This document shows, piece after piece, positions 1 to 7,163 of a DNA stretch of 32,000 nucleotides. The stretch is from Cupriavidus necator. Its GTDB lineage: Bacteria > Pseudomonadota > Gammaproteobacteria > Burkholderiales > Burkholderiaceae. The position numbers were made by a program, and so were the translations under genes. Numbering within the stretch: the first letter of the stretch is position 1; the number at the start of each line of letters is the position of its first letter. The notes below the pieces were generated by a model, which was not told the DNA's origin, did not search any database, and worked only from the letters and a program-made list of their open reading frames with translations. Location: assembly GCF_016127575.1 (NCBI RefSeq), contig NZ_CP066019.1:1230001-1262000 (forward strand), in the 5' to 3' direction.

Positions 1-137
1 CAGACCAGGCTGCGCGGATGGTCGGTGTGCTGCGGGATGGCATAGACACGCATGCCCTCGCGGAAGAGGGGATGCTTGGTGAGGCGCTCGTTCATCAGTT
101 CAACGAAGCGCTGGGGAGTGACGACCGGCTTATCCAT
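1..137 (-). CDS. Hypothetical protein, N-terminal part only (gene runs off the left edge)
   Basis: Not in the ORF track because there is no stop in the window. The reverse strand reads AGGAG-N6-ATG (ATG at 137), then MDKPVVTPQRFVELMNERLTKHPLFREGMRVYAIPQHTDHPRSLV, with GC-rich third codon positions. Confidence 0.4.
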   Translation of the reverse strand, partial: MDKPVVTPQRFVELMNERLTKHPLFREGMRVYAIPQHTDHPRSLV

Positions 138-376
138 TGCATGCTCCTGCGGCCTTGCCCACCGTGCCCGTTTCTAGGGGCGGCATGGCGACCAGGTCAG
201 TTAAGGCCAGGAATATGACAGGCAGGTGGCAGGAAGCGCCCCGGGCAGCATACGTTGCCCGGGCGTGGCCGGAACGGAAAACCGCAGGTAAATGCATACC
301 CTGCGTTGCCACTGCCACGCTTCCAGACTAGGACACGCGGCACGTAGTGCAAGTGTTGCGCGATGCCGTGGGGGCT

Positions 377-625
377 TCAGGTGGCGTGCAGCTCGCCTGC
401 GGCGCGCGGACCGTTCAGTATGCCGTTGCCGGCGGCCCAGCAGGCGGCCTCGGCCTCTGCGCGGGAACCGTAGGTGGATGGCGCTGCGACGGTGCAATCC
501 TCGTCGGCGGCGCCACAGCGTTCTTCCATGACGATGCGCCAGGTGAACTGGCCGGGTGCATCTTCAAGGACGTGAAGCACCAATGTGCGGTGATCGTCAG
601 TCAGCGTGAGGGGCAAAGTCGACAT
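377..625 (-). CDS. Small hypothetical protein (82 aa)
   Basis: This is the internal Met of track ORF 377..784. GGGAGA lies 6 nt upstream of the ATG at 625. Product begins MSTLPLTLTDDHRTLVLHVLEDAPGQFTW... I recognise no family. Confidence 0.5.
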   Translation of the reverse strand: MSTLPLTLTDDHRTLVLHVLEDAPGQFTWRIVMEERCGAADEDCTVAAPSTYGSRAEAEAACWAAGNGILNGPRAAGELHAT

Positions 626-761
626 GGCTGTCTCCCGTTCGCGGGTGGGCGCCATTGATGCTAGCAAGAGGTCGCCGCAAATGCCATGACTGTCTTGCGG
701 CCGCGGCATGGCAAGATACGGCCTTTGCGGCCTTCGCCGCGCCTGTACTTTCCGCCAGACC

Positions 762-1892
762 ATGCCCATCTCGCCTGAGCTCAACCAAGGGGTCGCCGCC
801 CTGACGGCACATTACGATGCCACCGTGCTGCCGCTGTGGACCGCCAGCGGCTGGAACGGCGACCTGCTGCTGCCCTACGAGGCACTCGACGGCGCCAGTG
901 CCGCGCCGTTGGCGCCGGCCCGCTATCGCGCCATGGCATGCGCCCGCCAGCTCTATGTGTTCTCGCTGGCCGGCAACCATGCGCATGCCGATACGCTGTT
1001 CGGCTCGCTGCAGGCCTACTTCGGCAATGGCGAGGGCGCGTGGCTCTACAGCGTCGACCCGGCCGGCACGCCGCTCGATGCCACGCGCGACCTCTATACG
1101 CATGCCTTCGTGATCTTCGCCTGCGCCAACTATCATGCGCGGCGCGGCAATCCCGATGCGCTCGACGTGCTCGATGAAACCGTCGATGTCGTCGAGGACC
1201 TCTTCGGCGACGAACAGGGCCTGTACCACGCCGCGCTTACCGAGCATTTCCGGCCCAAGGGCGCCGGCGTGCTGCAGAACCCCATCATGCACCTGACCGA
1301 GGCCTACCTGGCCGCGCTGGATGCGACCGGGGACGAATGGTATGCCGAACGCCTGCGCGAGATCGCGATGGCGGTGCATGAGCGCTTTGTCGATCCGGCC
1401 AGCGGCTGCATTGCCGAGCTGCCCCAAGGCAGCCCCGGCAACCGCATCGAGCCGGGCCACCAGTTCGAGTGGTTCTCGCTGGTGGCAGGCAGGCCGTCGC
1501 TGCTCGGCGACCTGCCGCTGGCCGATACGCTGCGCCAGGCCTTTGCCTTTGCGCAGCGGCACGGCGTGGTGCCGTCGACGCAGGGCGTCAGCGCGGCACT
1601 GAACGCCGATGGCTCCATGCTGGACGATACCCAGCGCATCTGGGCGCAGACCGAATATGCGCGCGCGCTCGCCGTGCATGGCGCGCCGGAGTCGCTGGCG
1701 GCGCTGGAAGCCTGGACGCAGCAGTTCCGCAGCCGCTTCCTGCACGATCACGGCTGGCATGAATGCCTGGCGCGCTCGGGCAGCGTGGTACGCGCCGAAA
1801 TGCCTTCGACCTCGCCGTACCACCTGGCGACGTCCTACTCGGCGCTCGCCGCGCTGGCCGGCGTGGCGTGGCCGGCATTGCCAGGGGCTTAG
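762..1892 (+). CDS. N-acylglucosamine 2-epimerase (AGE) superfamily epimerase/isomerase
   Basis: Track ORF 708..1892. It shows alpha/alpha-toroid AGE-like motifs (RQLYVFS, LYTHAFVIFA, QNPIMHLTEAYL, EPGHQFEW, RIWAQTEYARA). The start is ambiguous: ATG at 708 or at 762. Confidence 0.75.
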   Translation: MPISPELNQGVAALTAHYDATVLPLWTASGWNGDLLLPYEALDGASAAPLAPARYRAMACARQLYVFSLAGNHAHADTLFGSLQAYFGNGEGAWLYSVDPAGTPLDATRDLYTHAFVIFACANYHARRGNPDALDVLDETVDVVEDLFGDEQGLYHAALTEHFRPKGAGVLQNPIMHLTEAYLAALDATGDEWYAERLREIAMAVHERFVDPASGCIAELPQGSPGNRIEPGHQFEWFSLVAGRPSLLGDLPLADTLRQAFAFAQRHGVVPSTQGVSAALNADGSMLDDTQRIWAQTEYARALAVHGAPESLAALEAWTQQFRSRFLHDHGWHECLARSGSVVRAEMPSTSPYHLATSYSALAALAGVAWPALPGA

Positions 1893-2124
1893 GCCACCCT
1901 GCGCCAGGCGGTGCGGCAGCACGATGCGCTGCTGCGGGGCGTTTGTGGCGGCACAGGCCCTGCAGAGGCAGCCGCGTAGGCGGCTACCGCGCTCTTATCA
2001 ATTCTTTGCAGTCGTCGGTGGACACCGCGCCTACACTCAAGCCCGCGCTCCGGCACGTGCTGTTGTTCTTCTTAACCACTGGTCGTCGTTCTGAAGTTAC
2101 GGGCCGGGGCGCACCCGATGCGGC

Positions 2125-2358
2125 TCAGCGCCGCGCGCCCAGGGCCTGCGACAGCCGCTCCGGCTGTTGAGCGGCCGGGGACGCAGCGTGGGTCTGGATC
2201 AGGCCTGCGCCGGCGGGCTTCACCCGGACGGCCATTTGCTCGACCCTTTTGGCGGCCTGGGTCTCGGCGTGGTCATTCAGGATCAGGCACAGCAGTGTCA
2301 GCAAGGCTGCTGCGATCATGCTCAGCGCGATCCAGGCCAGGCAGTGCTTGCGTTCCAT
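2125..2358 (-). CDS. Small membrane-anchored hypothetical protein (77 aa)
   Basis: N-terminal hydrophobic helix CLAWIALSMIAAALLTLLCLIL followed by a polar tail. Third codon positions are GC-rich. There is no clear SD. Confidence 0.5.
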   Translation of the reverse strand: MERKHCLAWIALSMIAAALLTLLCLILNDHAETQAAKRVEQMAVRVKPAGAGLIQTHAASPAAQQPERLSQALGARR

Positions 2359-2455
2359 GGTAGGCGGGAGGGGGGCGTCATCAGTGCGCGAAGTTTACGC
2401 GCCCGCGCGCAATGCAATTGTCAATCTTTGCAAACGCCGGCCGCCGTCCGGCCCG

Positions 2456-2824
2456 CTATTCCGTCACGCCGTTTTCATGCAGCAGCCGCTCGCATTCTTC
2501 CAGCATGTCGTAGGCAAACGCAGACTGGTAGTTGGGATCGAGGGCTTCCATCATTTCGTGCGCGGCGTACAGGCCGGCCTCGCGTGACAGGGTCTCAGCC
2601 AGCTGGCGTGCAAACTGGTCGCTCAGTTCCGACAACAGGCGCCGCTCGGACAGCGGCAACTGCAGCTTCGAGCGCGACAGCCATTCGCCGGCCAGCGTCG
2701 CACCCTGGGCGTCGGTCATCCACTGGCGGTGTTCATAGTAGGCCGACAGCCGTTCGGCAGCGAGTGCGAACAGCAGTGCCTTGCGGGTATTGAAATCGAT
2801 CCTGGGGAGTGGGGCGAGGGTCAT
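2456..2824 (-). CDS. Hypothetical protein (122 aa)
   Basis: Clean ORF with codon usage typical of the window. I recognise no family. Confidence 0.55.
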   Translation of the reverse strand: MTLAPLPRIDFNTRKALLFALAAERLSAYYEHRQWMTDAQGATLAGEWLSRSKLQLPLSERRLLSELSDQFARQLAETLSREAGLYAAHEMMEALDPNYQSAFAYDMLEECERLLHENGVTE

Positions 2825-2884
2825 GCTTGCGGCGTGGTGCGATGCGCGGCGCAGCGGCCGGCAATCATCTTGTCGGGGAGCGGA

Positions 2885-3577
2885 TCAGGACTGCGCGGTG
2901 GCTGCCTGCGCAAAGCGCGCTGCCAGCCAGGCGCCGATGGCGGCGATCTCTTCCAGGCAGACCGAATGGCCCATCGGATAGGTGCTCCAGGTCACCGGGT
3001 GCTGCCGCGCCTGCACGAAATCGCGGGCGGCGACGCCCAGCTGCAGCGGCACCACGTCGTCCTGCGTGCCATGGGCGGCGAACACGGGCGTGGTGGCGTT
3101 GGCGGCGCTGACCTCGGCCGCCAGCGCTTTCGGCGCAGGGATGTAGGTGGACAGCGCGACGATGCCGGCCAGCGTCTCGGCATGGCTCAGCCCGGCGGTG
3201 TAGGCAATCGCGCCGCCCTGCGAGAAGCCTGCCAGCACGATGCGGTGCGTGGGGATGCCACGGGCGTTCTCGCGCGCAATCAGTGCGCGAATGGCTTCGC
3301 AAGAGGCACGGATGCCGGCTTCATCGGCGCGTCGCCCGGATTCATCGAGGGAATAAATGTCATACCAGGCCGGCATGACATACCCGCCGTTGCAGGTCAC
3401 GGGGATAGCCGGCGCGTGCGGGAAGATAAAGCGCACGCCGGGCGCTGCGGGCAGGCGCAGCTCAGGCACGACCGGGGCGAAATCGCTGCCGTCGGCGCCC
3501 AGCCCATGCATCCAGATGACGGCGCAGGCGGGATTGGGCGCGGTTTCGAATTCGATCGCGGGCAGCAGTTCGCTCAT
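2885..3577 (-). CDS. Phospholipase/carboxylesterase-family alpha/beta hydrolase (about 230 aa)
   Basis: Internal start MSELLPAIEFE of track ORF 2885..3946, with AGGAA upstream. It has the GFSQGG nucleophile elbow and the WMHGLGADG and HGTQDDVVP motifs typical of this family. Confidence 0.85.
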   Translation of the reverse strand: MSELLPAIEFETAPNPACAVIWMHGLGADGSDFAPVVPELRLPAAPGVRFIFPHAPAIPVTCNGGYVMPAWYDIYSLDESGRRADEAGIRASCEAIRALIARENARGIPTHRIVLAGFSQGGAIAYTAGLSHAETLAGIVALSTYIPAPKALAAEVSAANATTPVFAAHGTQDDVVPLQLGVAARDFVQARQHPVTWSTYPMGHSVCLEEIAAIGAWLAARFAQAATAQS

Positions 3578-3666
3578 GGGGCTGGTTCCTGTGGATATGC
3601 GCCTGCGCGCCGCACGGGCGCCAGGCAGCGCGAGTATCGCACAGGTCGGGGCCTGTCCCGGCTGCG

Positions 3667-3951
3667 TCAGGCCGCGGACGGAACGATAGGGACCGTGGTG
3701 AGGCCAGGCGTGCGTGCCGGCAGCTCCGGCATCGCAGGCGGCGTGGCGCGGCGCTTGTCGACCACGTCTTCCACGCCCTTGGCCGCGACGTCTTCCAGGA
3801 ACGCCACCATGTCGCGGTAGTAGGCCACCTGCATTTGCGCTTCGAGCAAGCGCCTTTCGGCCTGGAACAGCGTCAGCCTCATGTCTTGCAGTTCCCTCTC
3901 GGCGATTTTCTCCGGGGTCGGCGGACTGAACAGGTTTGCAAGCCAACGCAT
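3667..3951 (-). CDS. Hypothetical protein (94 aa)
   Basis: Internal Met (MRWLANLF) of track ORF 3667..4029, preceded by GGAGG. It has a predicted helical, charged middle region. Confidence 0.5.
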   Translation of the reverse strand: MRWLANLFSPPTPEKIAERELQDMRLTLFQAERRLLEAQMQVAYYRDMVAFLEDVAAKGVEDVVDKRRATPPAMPELPARTPGLTTVPIVPSAA

Positions 3952-4134
3952 GGCAGTACCTCCAGTGCTGTCAACGGCGAAATAGCGATGCTCGTGCCAT
4001 GGGGACCAATATAGACAAGAATTCGGCAAAAAGTCTCTCGGGCATCTCGCCGTGGCGCCTCGCCCACAAGGATGATTGCCGGTGGCGGACGTCTGCGGTA
4101 GATTGTTCGGCCATGGTCCGGCCGTCCCGCGACC

Positions 4135-5139
4135 CTACTGCCTGCGCTCGCCGCTTGCTGTCGCCAATGTGCCTGTGCGACTGGTCGATGTGCCTGCCTG
4201 ATCCGCGTTGCCAGGCGGATCGCCTTCATATTTCGCGTCGTTTCCTGCCAACAGTGCCTGCATGGCATCGCCGTCCTGCGCGCGCACAAAGCGCAGGATC
4301 GGCGGCCAGAATGCCTCGATATGTTCTGGCAGGATGGCTGCGTCATGCGGCATGGCGTCCAGCATCACCAGCGCATGCAGATGCCTGGCCGCACGGGCCA
4401 CGCGTTCCGCGTGGGGTGGGACGATCACCGCGTCGTCCCGGCTGTGCACCACCAGCAGCGGCCGCTCCAGCCGGCTGGCACGCGCAGCGTTGTTCCACGG
4501 ATCCGGCAGCAGCCACGCGGCCCATGCGGGTATGCGCCCGGTCTGCACTGCGGCCAGGCGCGCCGAACTGAAGCCCGCCGCAATGACATAGCCGTCGGGC
4601 TGCGGATCGAAGCGCTGCGCCACCTCCAGCAGGATGCCGGATCCCAGCGAATGCCCCAGCACCACGCGCCGTTTTGCCTGCGGCGTGGCTGCCAGGAATT
4701 GCCGGTAGGCGGCCAGCGCATCCTCGCGCAGGCGGCGCACGCTTGGCCGCCCGCTGCTGCGGCCGTAGCCGCTGTAGTCGAAGACGTAGGAGGCGATGCC
4801 CGCGCCCGCCAGCATGGCCTGGACCGGGGCCCAGTCGGGCAGGCTCTCATTGTCGCCGTGGCACACCATCAGCGCTGGCGCTTCGGGGTCCGCGGCCGGC
4901 ATGAAGGCGGCGTGCAGGATGCGATTGCCGCTGGCGAACGTGGCATGGCGCACCGTCAGGGCTGAAATGTCGGGTGCTGCCGCGTCCTTTGTTTCATCCG
5001 TCGGCGTGACAAAGGCTTTGCGTTCTACCGCACGAAACAGTAGATGCCGCGCAACACCCGCGGCCACGGCGAGTGCCGCGGCGGTGGCGAGCCAGCGGTG
5101 GCGGGATTCCGGCTGAGCGGGGCGGGGGCCTTCAGGCAT
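4135..5139 (-). CDS. Alpha/beta hydrolase with N-terminal membrane anchor
   Basis: GHSLGS nucleophile elbow. The HSRDD and MPHD motifs are consistent with Ser-Asp-His triad spacing. N-terminal hydrophobic segment WLATAAALAVAAGVA. Confidence 0.8.
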   Translation of the reverse strand: MPEGPRPAQPESRHRWLATAAALAVAAGVARHLLFRAVERKAFVTPTDETKDAAAPDISALTVRHATFASGNRILHAAFMPAADPEAPALMVCHGDNESLPDWAPVQAMLAGAGIASYVFDYSGYGRSSGRPSVRRLREDALAAYRQFLAATPQAKRRVVLGHSLGSGILLEVAQRFDPQPDGYVIAAGFSSARLAAVQTGRIPAWAAWLLPDPWNNAARASRLERPLLVVHSRDDAVIVPPHAERVARAARHLHALVMLDAMPHDAAILPEHIEAFWPPILRFVRAQDGDAMQALLAGNDAKYEGDPPGNADQAGTSTSRTGTLATASGERRQ

Positions 5140-5262
5140 GGCGAGTTTCGGGATGGCGTTCCCTTCAGGCTAGCAGGCCATCGGCGTCCGGGTGAAGAAA
5201 AGTTCATTCGCACGCATGCCTTAAGTGGATTCGCAGCCATATCGTGCAGCGTCGGCAGGCGG

Positions 5263-5277
5263 CTATCGGCCCGATAG
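5263..5277. promoter_or_regulatory. 15-bp palindrome CTATCGG-C-CCGATAG, 12 nt upstream of the -35 element (module copy 1)
   Basis: Read directly. The same palindrome sits at the same spacing in copy 2 (6907..6921), differing only at the central base. Confidence 0.4.
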
Positions 5278-5289
5278 AAAACTTTTGCC

Positions 5290-5318
5290 TTGACTATCTA
5301 CCTAGTAGTAGATAGCAT
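5290..5318 (+). promoter_or_regulatory. Sigma70-type promoter TTGACT-17nt-TAGCAT with embedded operator O1 (CTATCTAC-N6-GTAGATAG, 5294..5315)
   Basis: Near-consensus hexamers with a 17-nt spacer in an AT-rich island. The inverted repeat spans the spacer and overlaps the -10, which is classic repressor geometry. Confidence 0.6.
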
Positions 5319-5388
5319 TGAGTCCATGGCACCGCTGCACCGCCGGAAGCAAGCAAGAGCGGGCGGAAAAGTGGCGATCCCATCGCAA

Positions 5389-5409
5389 GACCGGCATGGT
5401 CATTTTTTT
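5389..5409 (+). terminator. Attenuator-like hairpin plus T7 tract inside the 5' leader (copy 1)
   Basis: GACCG-GCA-TGGTC followed by ATTTTTTT. The stem is short. The positional equivalent in copy 2 is stronger. Confidence 0.3.
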
Positions 5410-5423
5410 AGCACCTGTCATCT

Positions 5424-5437
5424 ATCTACTGGTAGAT
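5424..5437. promoter_or_regulatory. Operator-like palindrome O2, ATCTAC-TG-GTAGAT (copy 1 leader)
   Basis: It shares the ATCTAC/GTAGAT half-sites with O1. It is conserved in copy 2 as a perfect 14-bp palindrome. Confidence 0.5.
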
Positions 5438-5517
5438 GCGGCTCGAAAGAGTGACCCTGCCACAGCCACTGATACCGAATTGAAGCGATCCCGAAACATC
5501 GCACCCAGGAGCCCATC

Positions 5518-5913
5518 ATGAATGCCAAGTTCGCCAAGACCCTGATCACCGCCGCCACCCTTGCCGCCGCACTGGCAGGTGGCGTGGCGCAAGCCGCCAG
5601 CGTGCAAGACAACACCTCGGCTGGCGACAAGTACGGCTACAGCTACCGCGCCGGCAAGTTCGACACCTTCACGGAAGGTGCCCGCACCGGCAAGTTCGAC
5701 CCGTTCACGGAAGGCGCCCGCGTCGGCAAGTTTGATCCGTACACCGACGGCGCCCGCGTCGGCAAGACCGATCCCTACACGGACGGGTACCGCACCGTAG
5801 CTGGCCTGGACCGTAGTGGCGTGTCGGCCGGGCCGGCCCGCAGCTTCGACCCGTACACGGACGGCGCGCGCGTCGGCAAGGCTGACCCCTACACCGACGG
5901 CGCCCTGGCTTGA
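5518..5913 (+). CDS. Secreted tandem-repeat protein (131 aa) built of 12-aa GK-x-DP(Y/F)T(D/E)GAR units
   Basis: AGGAG RBS 7 nt upstream. Sec signal peptide MNAKFAKTLITAATLAAALAGGVAQA / ASVQ. It carries repeats FDTFTEGARTGK, FDPFTEGARVGK, FDPYTDGARVGK and so on. It is a paralog of 7164..7784. Confidence 0.85.
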   Translation: MNAKFAKTLITAATLAAALAGGVAQAASVQDNTSAGDKYGYSYRAGKFDTFTEGARTGKFDPFTEGARVGKFDPYTDGARVGKTDPYTDGYRTVAGLDRSGVSAGPARSFDPYTDGARVGKADPYTDGALA

Positions 5914-5988
5914 TTGCTGCCGGCTGAGGCCGGCGGCCAACAACTTTACGGCGGCGGTCACGCTGACTGCCGTCCGATGGAGTCCATC

Positions 5989-6090
5989 ATGAGTTTGCGT
6001 GACAGTGTCCTGCTGCTTGGCGGATGGCTGGTGCTTTGCGTGACGAGTGGCTCGATGATCACCTTCGCCGCGCAGGTCCTGCCTGGTTAA
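5989..6090 (+). CDS. 33-aa single-pass membrane micropeptide (not in ORF track)
   Basis: GGAG 6 nt upstream of the ATG. Product MSLRDSVLLLGGWLVLCVTSGSMITFAAQVLPG. The paralog at 7859..7960 has the same length and at least seven synonymous third-position differences. Confidence 0.7.
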   Translation: MSLRDSVLLLGGWLVLCVTSGSMITFAAQVLPG

Positions 6091-6104
6091 AGCACATGCC
6101 TCAG

Positions 6105-6150
6105 ATGCCCCGGGCTAGGGAATTACCCCAGCCCCGGGGCATTTCGGCTT
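6105..6150 (+). terminator. GC-rich hairpin after the micro-ORF (possible terminator/insulator, copy 1 only)
   Basis: ATGCCCCGGGCT ... AGCCCCGGGGCAT forms a stem of about 12 bp with one bulge, followed by TTCGGCTT (a weak U tract). Confidence 0.4.
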
Positions 6151-6177
6151 GAGCGCCTATCTTCGCGTAGATAAACT
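6149..6177 (+). promoter_or_regulatory. Putative autoregulated promoter TTGAGC-17nt-TAAACT with operator O3 (TATCT-t-CGCG-t-AGATA, 6158..6173). It predicts a leaderless tetR mRNA
   Basis: Same geometry as the promoter at 5290..5318. The -10 ends 6 nt before the A of the ATG at 6184, and there is no SD upstream of that ATG. Confidence 0.45.
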
Positions 6178-6183
6178 GCTTTC

Positions 6184-6750
6184 ATGAAAACGCAATCAGT
6201 ACGCGAGCAACTGCTCGAGCACACCCTCGTCCTGATCCGCCGCCGCGGCTTCAACGGCTTCAGCTACCGCGACCTGGCGGAACTGGTGGGGGTCAAGACC
6301 TCCAGCATCCACTATTACTTCCCGTCCAAAGAGGACCTGGTACTGGAGGCGGTGAAGGAATACAGCGCCCGCCTGGCCGAGCGCATCCGCTCCATCGACA
6401 CCAGTCTGCCGGTCGCCGAGCAGGCGGCCATCTACCTGGCGCCGTTCCGCGCCAGCTGCGGCTCGGACCAGATCTGCCTGTGCGGCATGTTGTCGACCGA
6501 GACGCTGTGCCTGCCGGAGTCCGTGCACAAGCTGCTGCAGGGCTTCTTCCTGATGAACGAACAATGGCTGGCCGGCCTGCTGGAGCGGGCTCAGCCGCAG
6601 CGCAGCACGCCGTTCCCGGTGCCGCCGGCGCGGCTGGCACAGGTGGTGTTTGGCTCGCTGCAGAGCGGGCTGATTGCGGCACGCCTGTTCGGGACCTCCG
6701 ACCGGGTGGAAGCCGCTGCGGATACGCTGATGGCCGCCGTCGCCGGCTAA
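6184..6750 (+). CDS. TetR/AcrR-family transcriptional regulator (copy 1)
   Basis: N-terminal HTH FSYRDLAELVGVKTSSIHYYFPSKEDLV. Size is 188 aa. Confidence 0.9.
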   Translation: MKTQSVREQLLEHTLVLIRRRGFNGFSYRDLAELVGVKTSSIHYYFPSKEDLVLEAVKEYSARLAERIRSIDTSLPVAEQAAIYLAPFRASCGSDQICLCGMLSTETLCLPESVHKLLQGFFLMNEQWLAGLLERAQPQRSTPFPVPPARLAQVVFGSLQSGLIAARLFGTSDRVEAAADTLMAAVAG

Positions 6751-6781
6751 GGTTTTCGCGCAATATCAGTGGCGCGTCTGA

Positions 6782-6820
6782 AGCCGTCATGTGGCGCAAG
6801 CTGCATGGCGGCTTTTTTAT
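6782..6820 (+). terminator. Rho-independent terminator after tetR copy 1
   Basis: AGCCGTCATG ... CATGGCGGCT forms a 10-bp stem with one G-U pair, followed by TTTTTTAT. Confidence 0.7.
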
Positions 6821-6906
6821 TTGCAGACAGCCGGTCGGCCGCCGGCGCTTCGGAATCGGTGATAAGCGCTTTTAAAACAACGAGATAGAGCCAGAAAAGG
6901 CATAGG

Positions 6907-6921
6907 CTATCGGGCCGATAG
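6907..6921. promoter_or_regulatory. 15-bp palindrome CTATCGG-G-CCGATAG, 12 nt upstream of the -35 element (module copy 2)
   Basis: Read directly. It is the counterpart of 5263..5277. Confidence 0.4.
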
Positions 6922-6933
6922 AAATGTTTTTCC

Positions 6934-6962
6934 TTGACTCTCTACCTAGTAGTAGATAGTAT
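6934..6962 (+). promoter_or_regulatory. Sigma70-type promoter TTGACT-17nt-TAGTAT with embedded operator O1' (CTCTCTAC-N6-GTAGATAG, 6938..6959)
   Basis: Hexamers and spacing are the same as in copy 1. The left operator arm has one mismatch. Confidence 0.6.
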
Positions 6963-7030
6963 TTGACTCATGGAAGCGCTGCACCGCCGGCAACAAGCAA
7001 GACAAGGCGAAAACGTGGCGGTCCCATTGC

Positions 7031-7053
7031 ATGACCGGAGGCGGTCATTTTTT
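7031..7053 (+). terminator. Attenuator-like intrinsic terminator in the 5' leader (copy 2)
   Basis: ATGACCG-GAGG-CGGTCAT forms a perfect 7-bp stem followed by TTTTTT. Confidence 0.45.
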
Positions 7054-7069
7054 CGAGGCCGAGTATCTA

Positions 7070-7083
7070 TCTACTAGTAGATG
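7070..7083. promoter_or_regulatory. Operator O2', perfect 14-bp palindrome ATCTACTAGTAGAT
   Basis: Read directly. It occupies the same leader position as 5424..5437. Confidence 0.55.
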
Positions 7084-7163
7084 CGGAATCGAAAAAAACG
7101 ATCTGCCACAGCCACTGATACCGAATTGACGCGATCCCGAAACATCGCACCCTGGAGCCCATC

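Noticed and set aside
5326-5454. Possible leaderless leader peptide at the predicted TSS of both module promoters: ATG 5326 (42 codons, MAPLHRRKQARAGGKVAIPSQDR...) and ATG 6970 (35 codons, MEALHRRQQARQGENVAVPLHDR...).
   Set aside because: Differences between the two copies are spread over all three codon positions. The amino-acid identity is lower than the nucleotide identity, the lengths differ and the C-termini are unrelated. Conservation is better explained at the DNA/RNA level.
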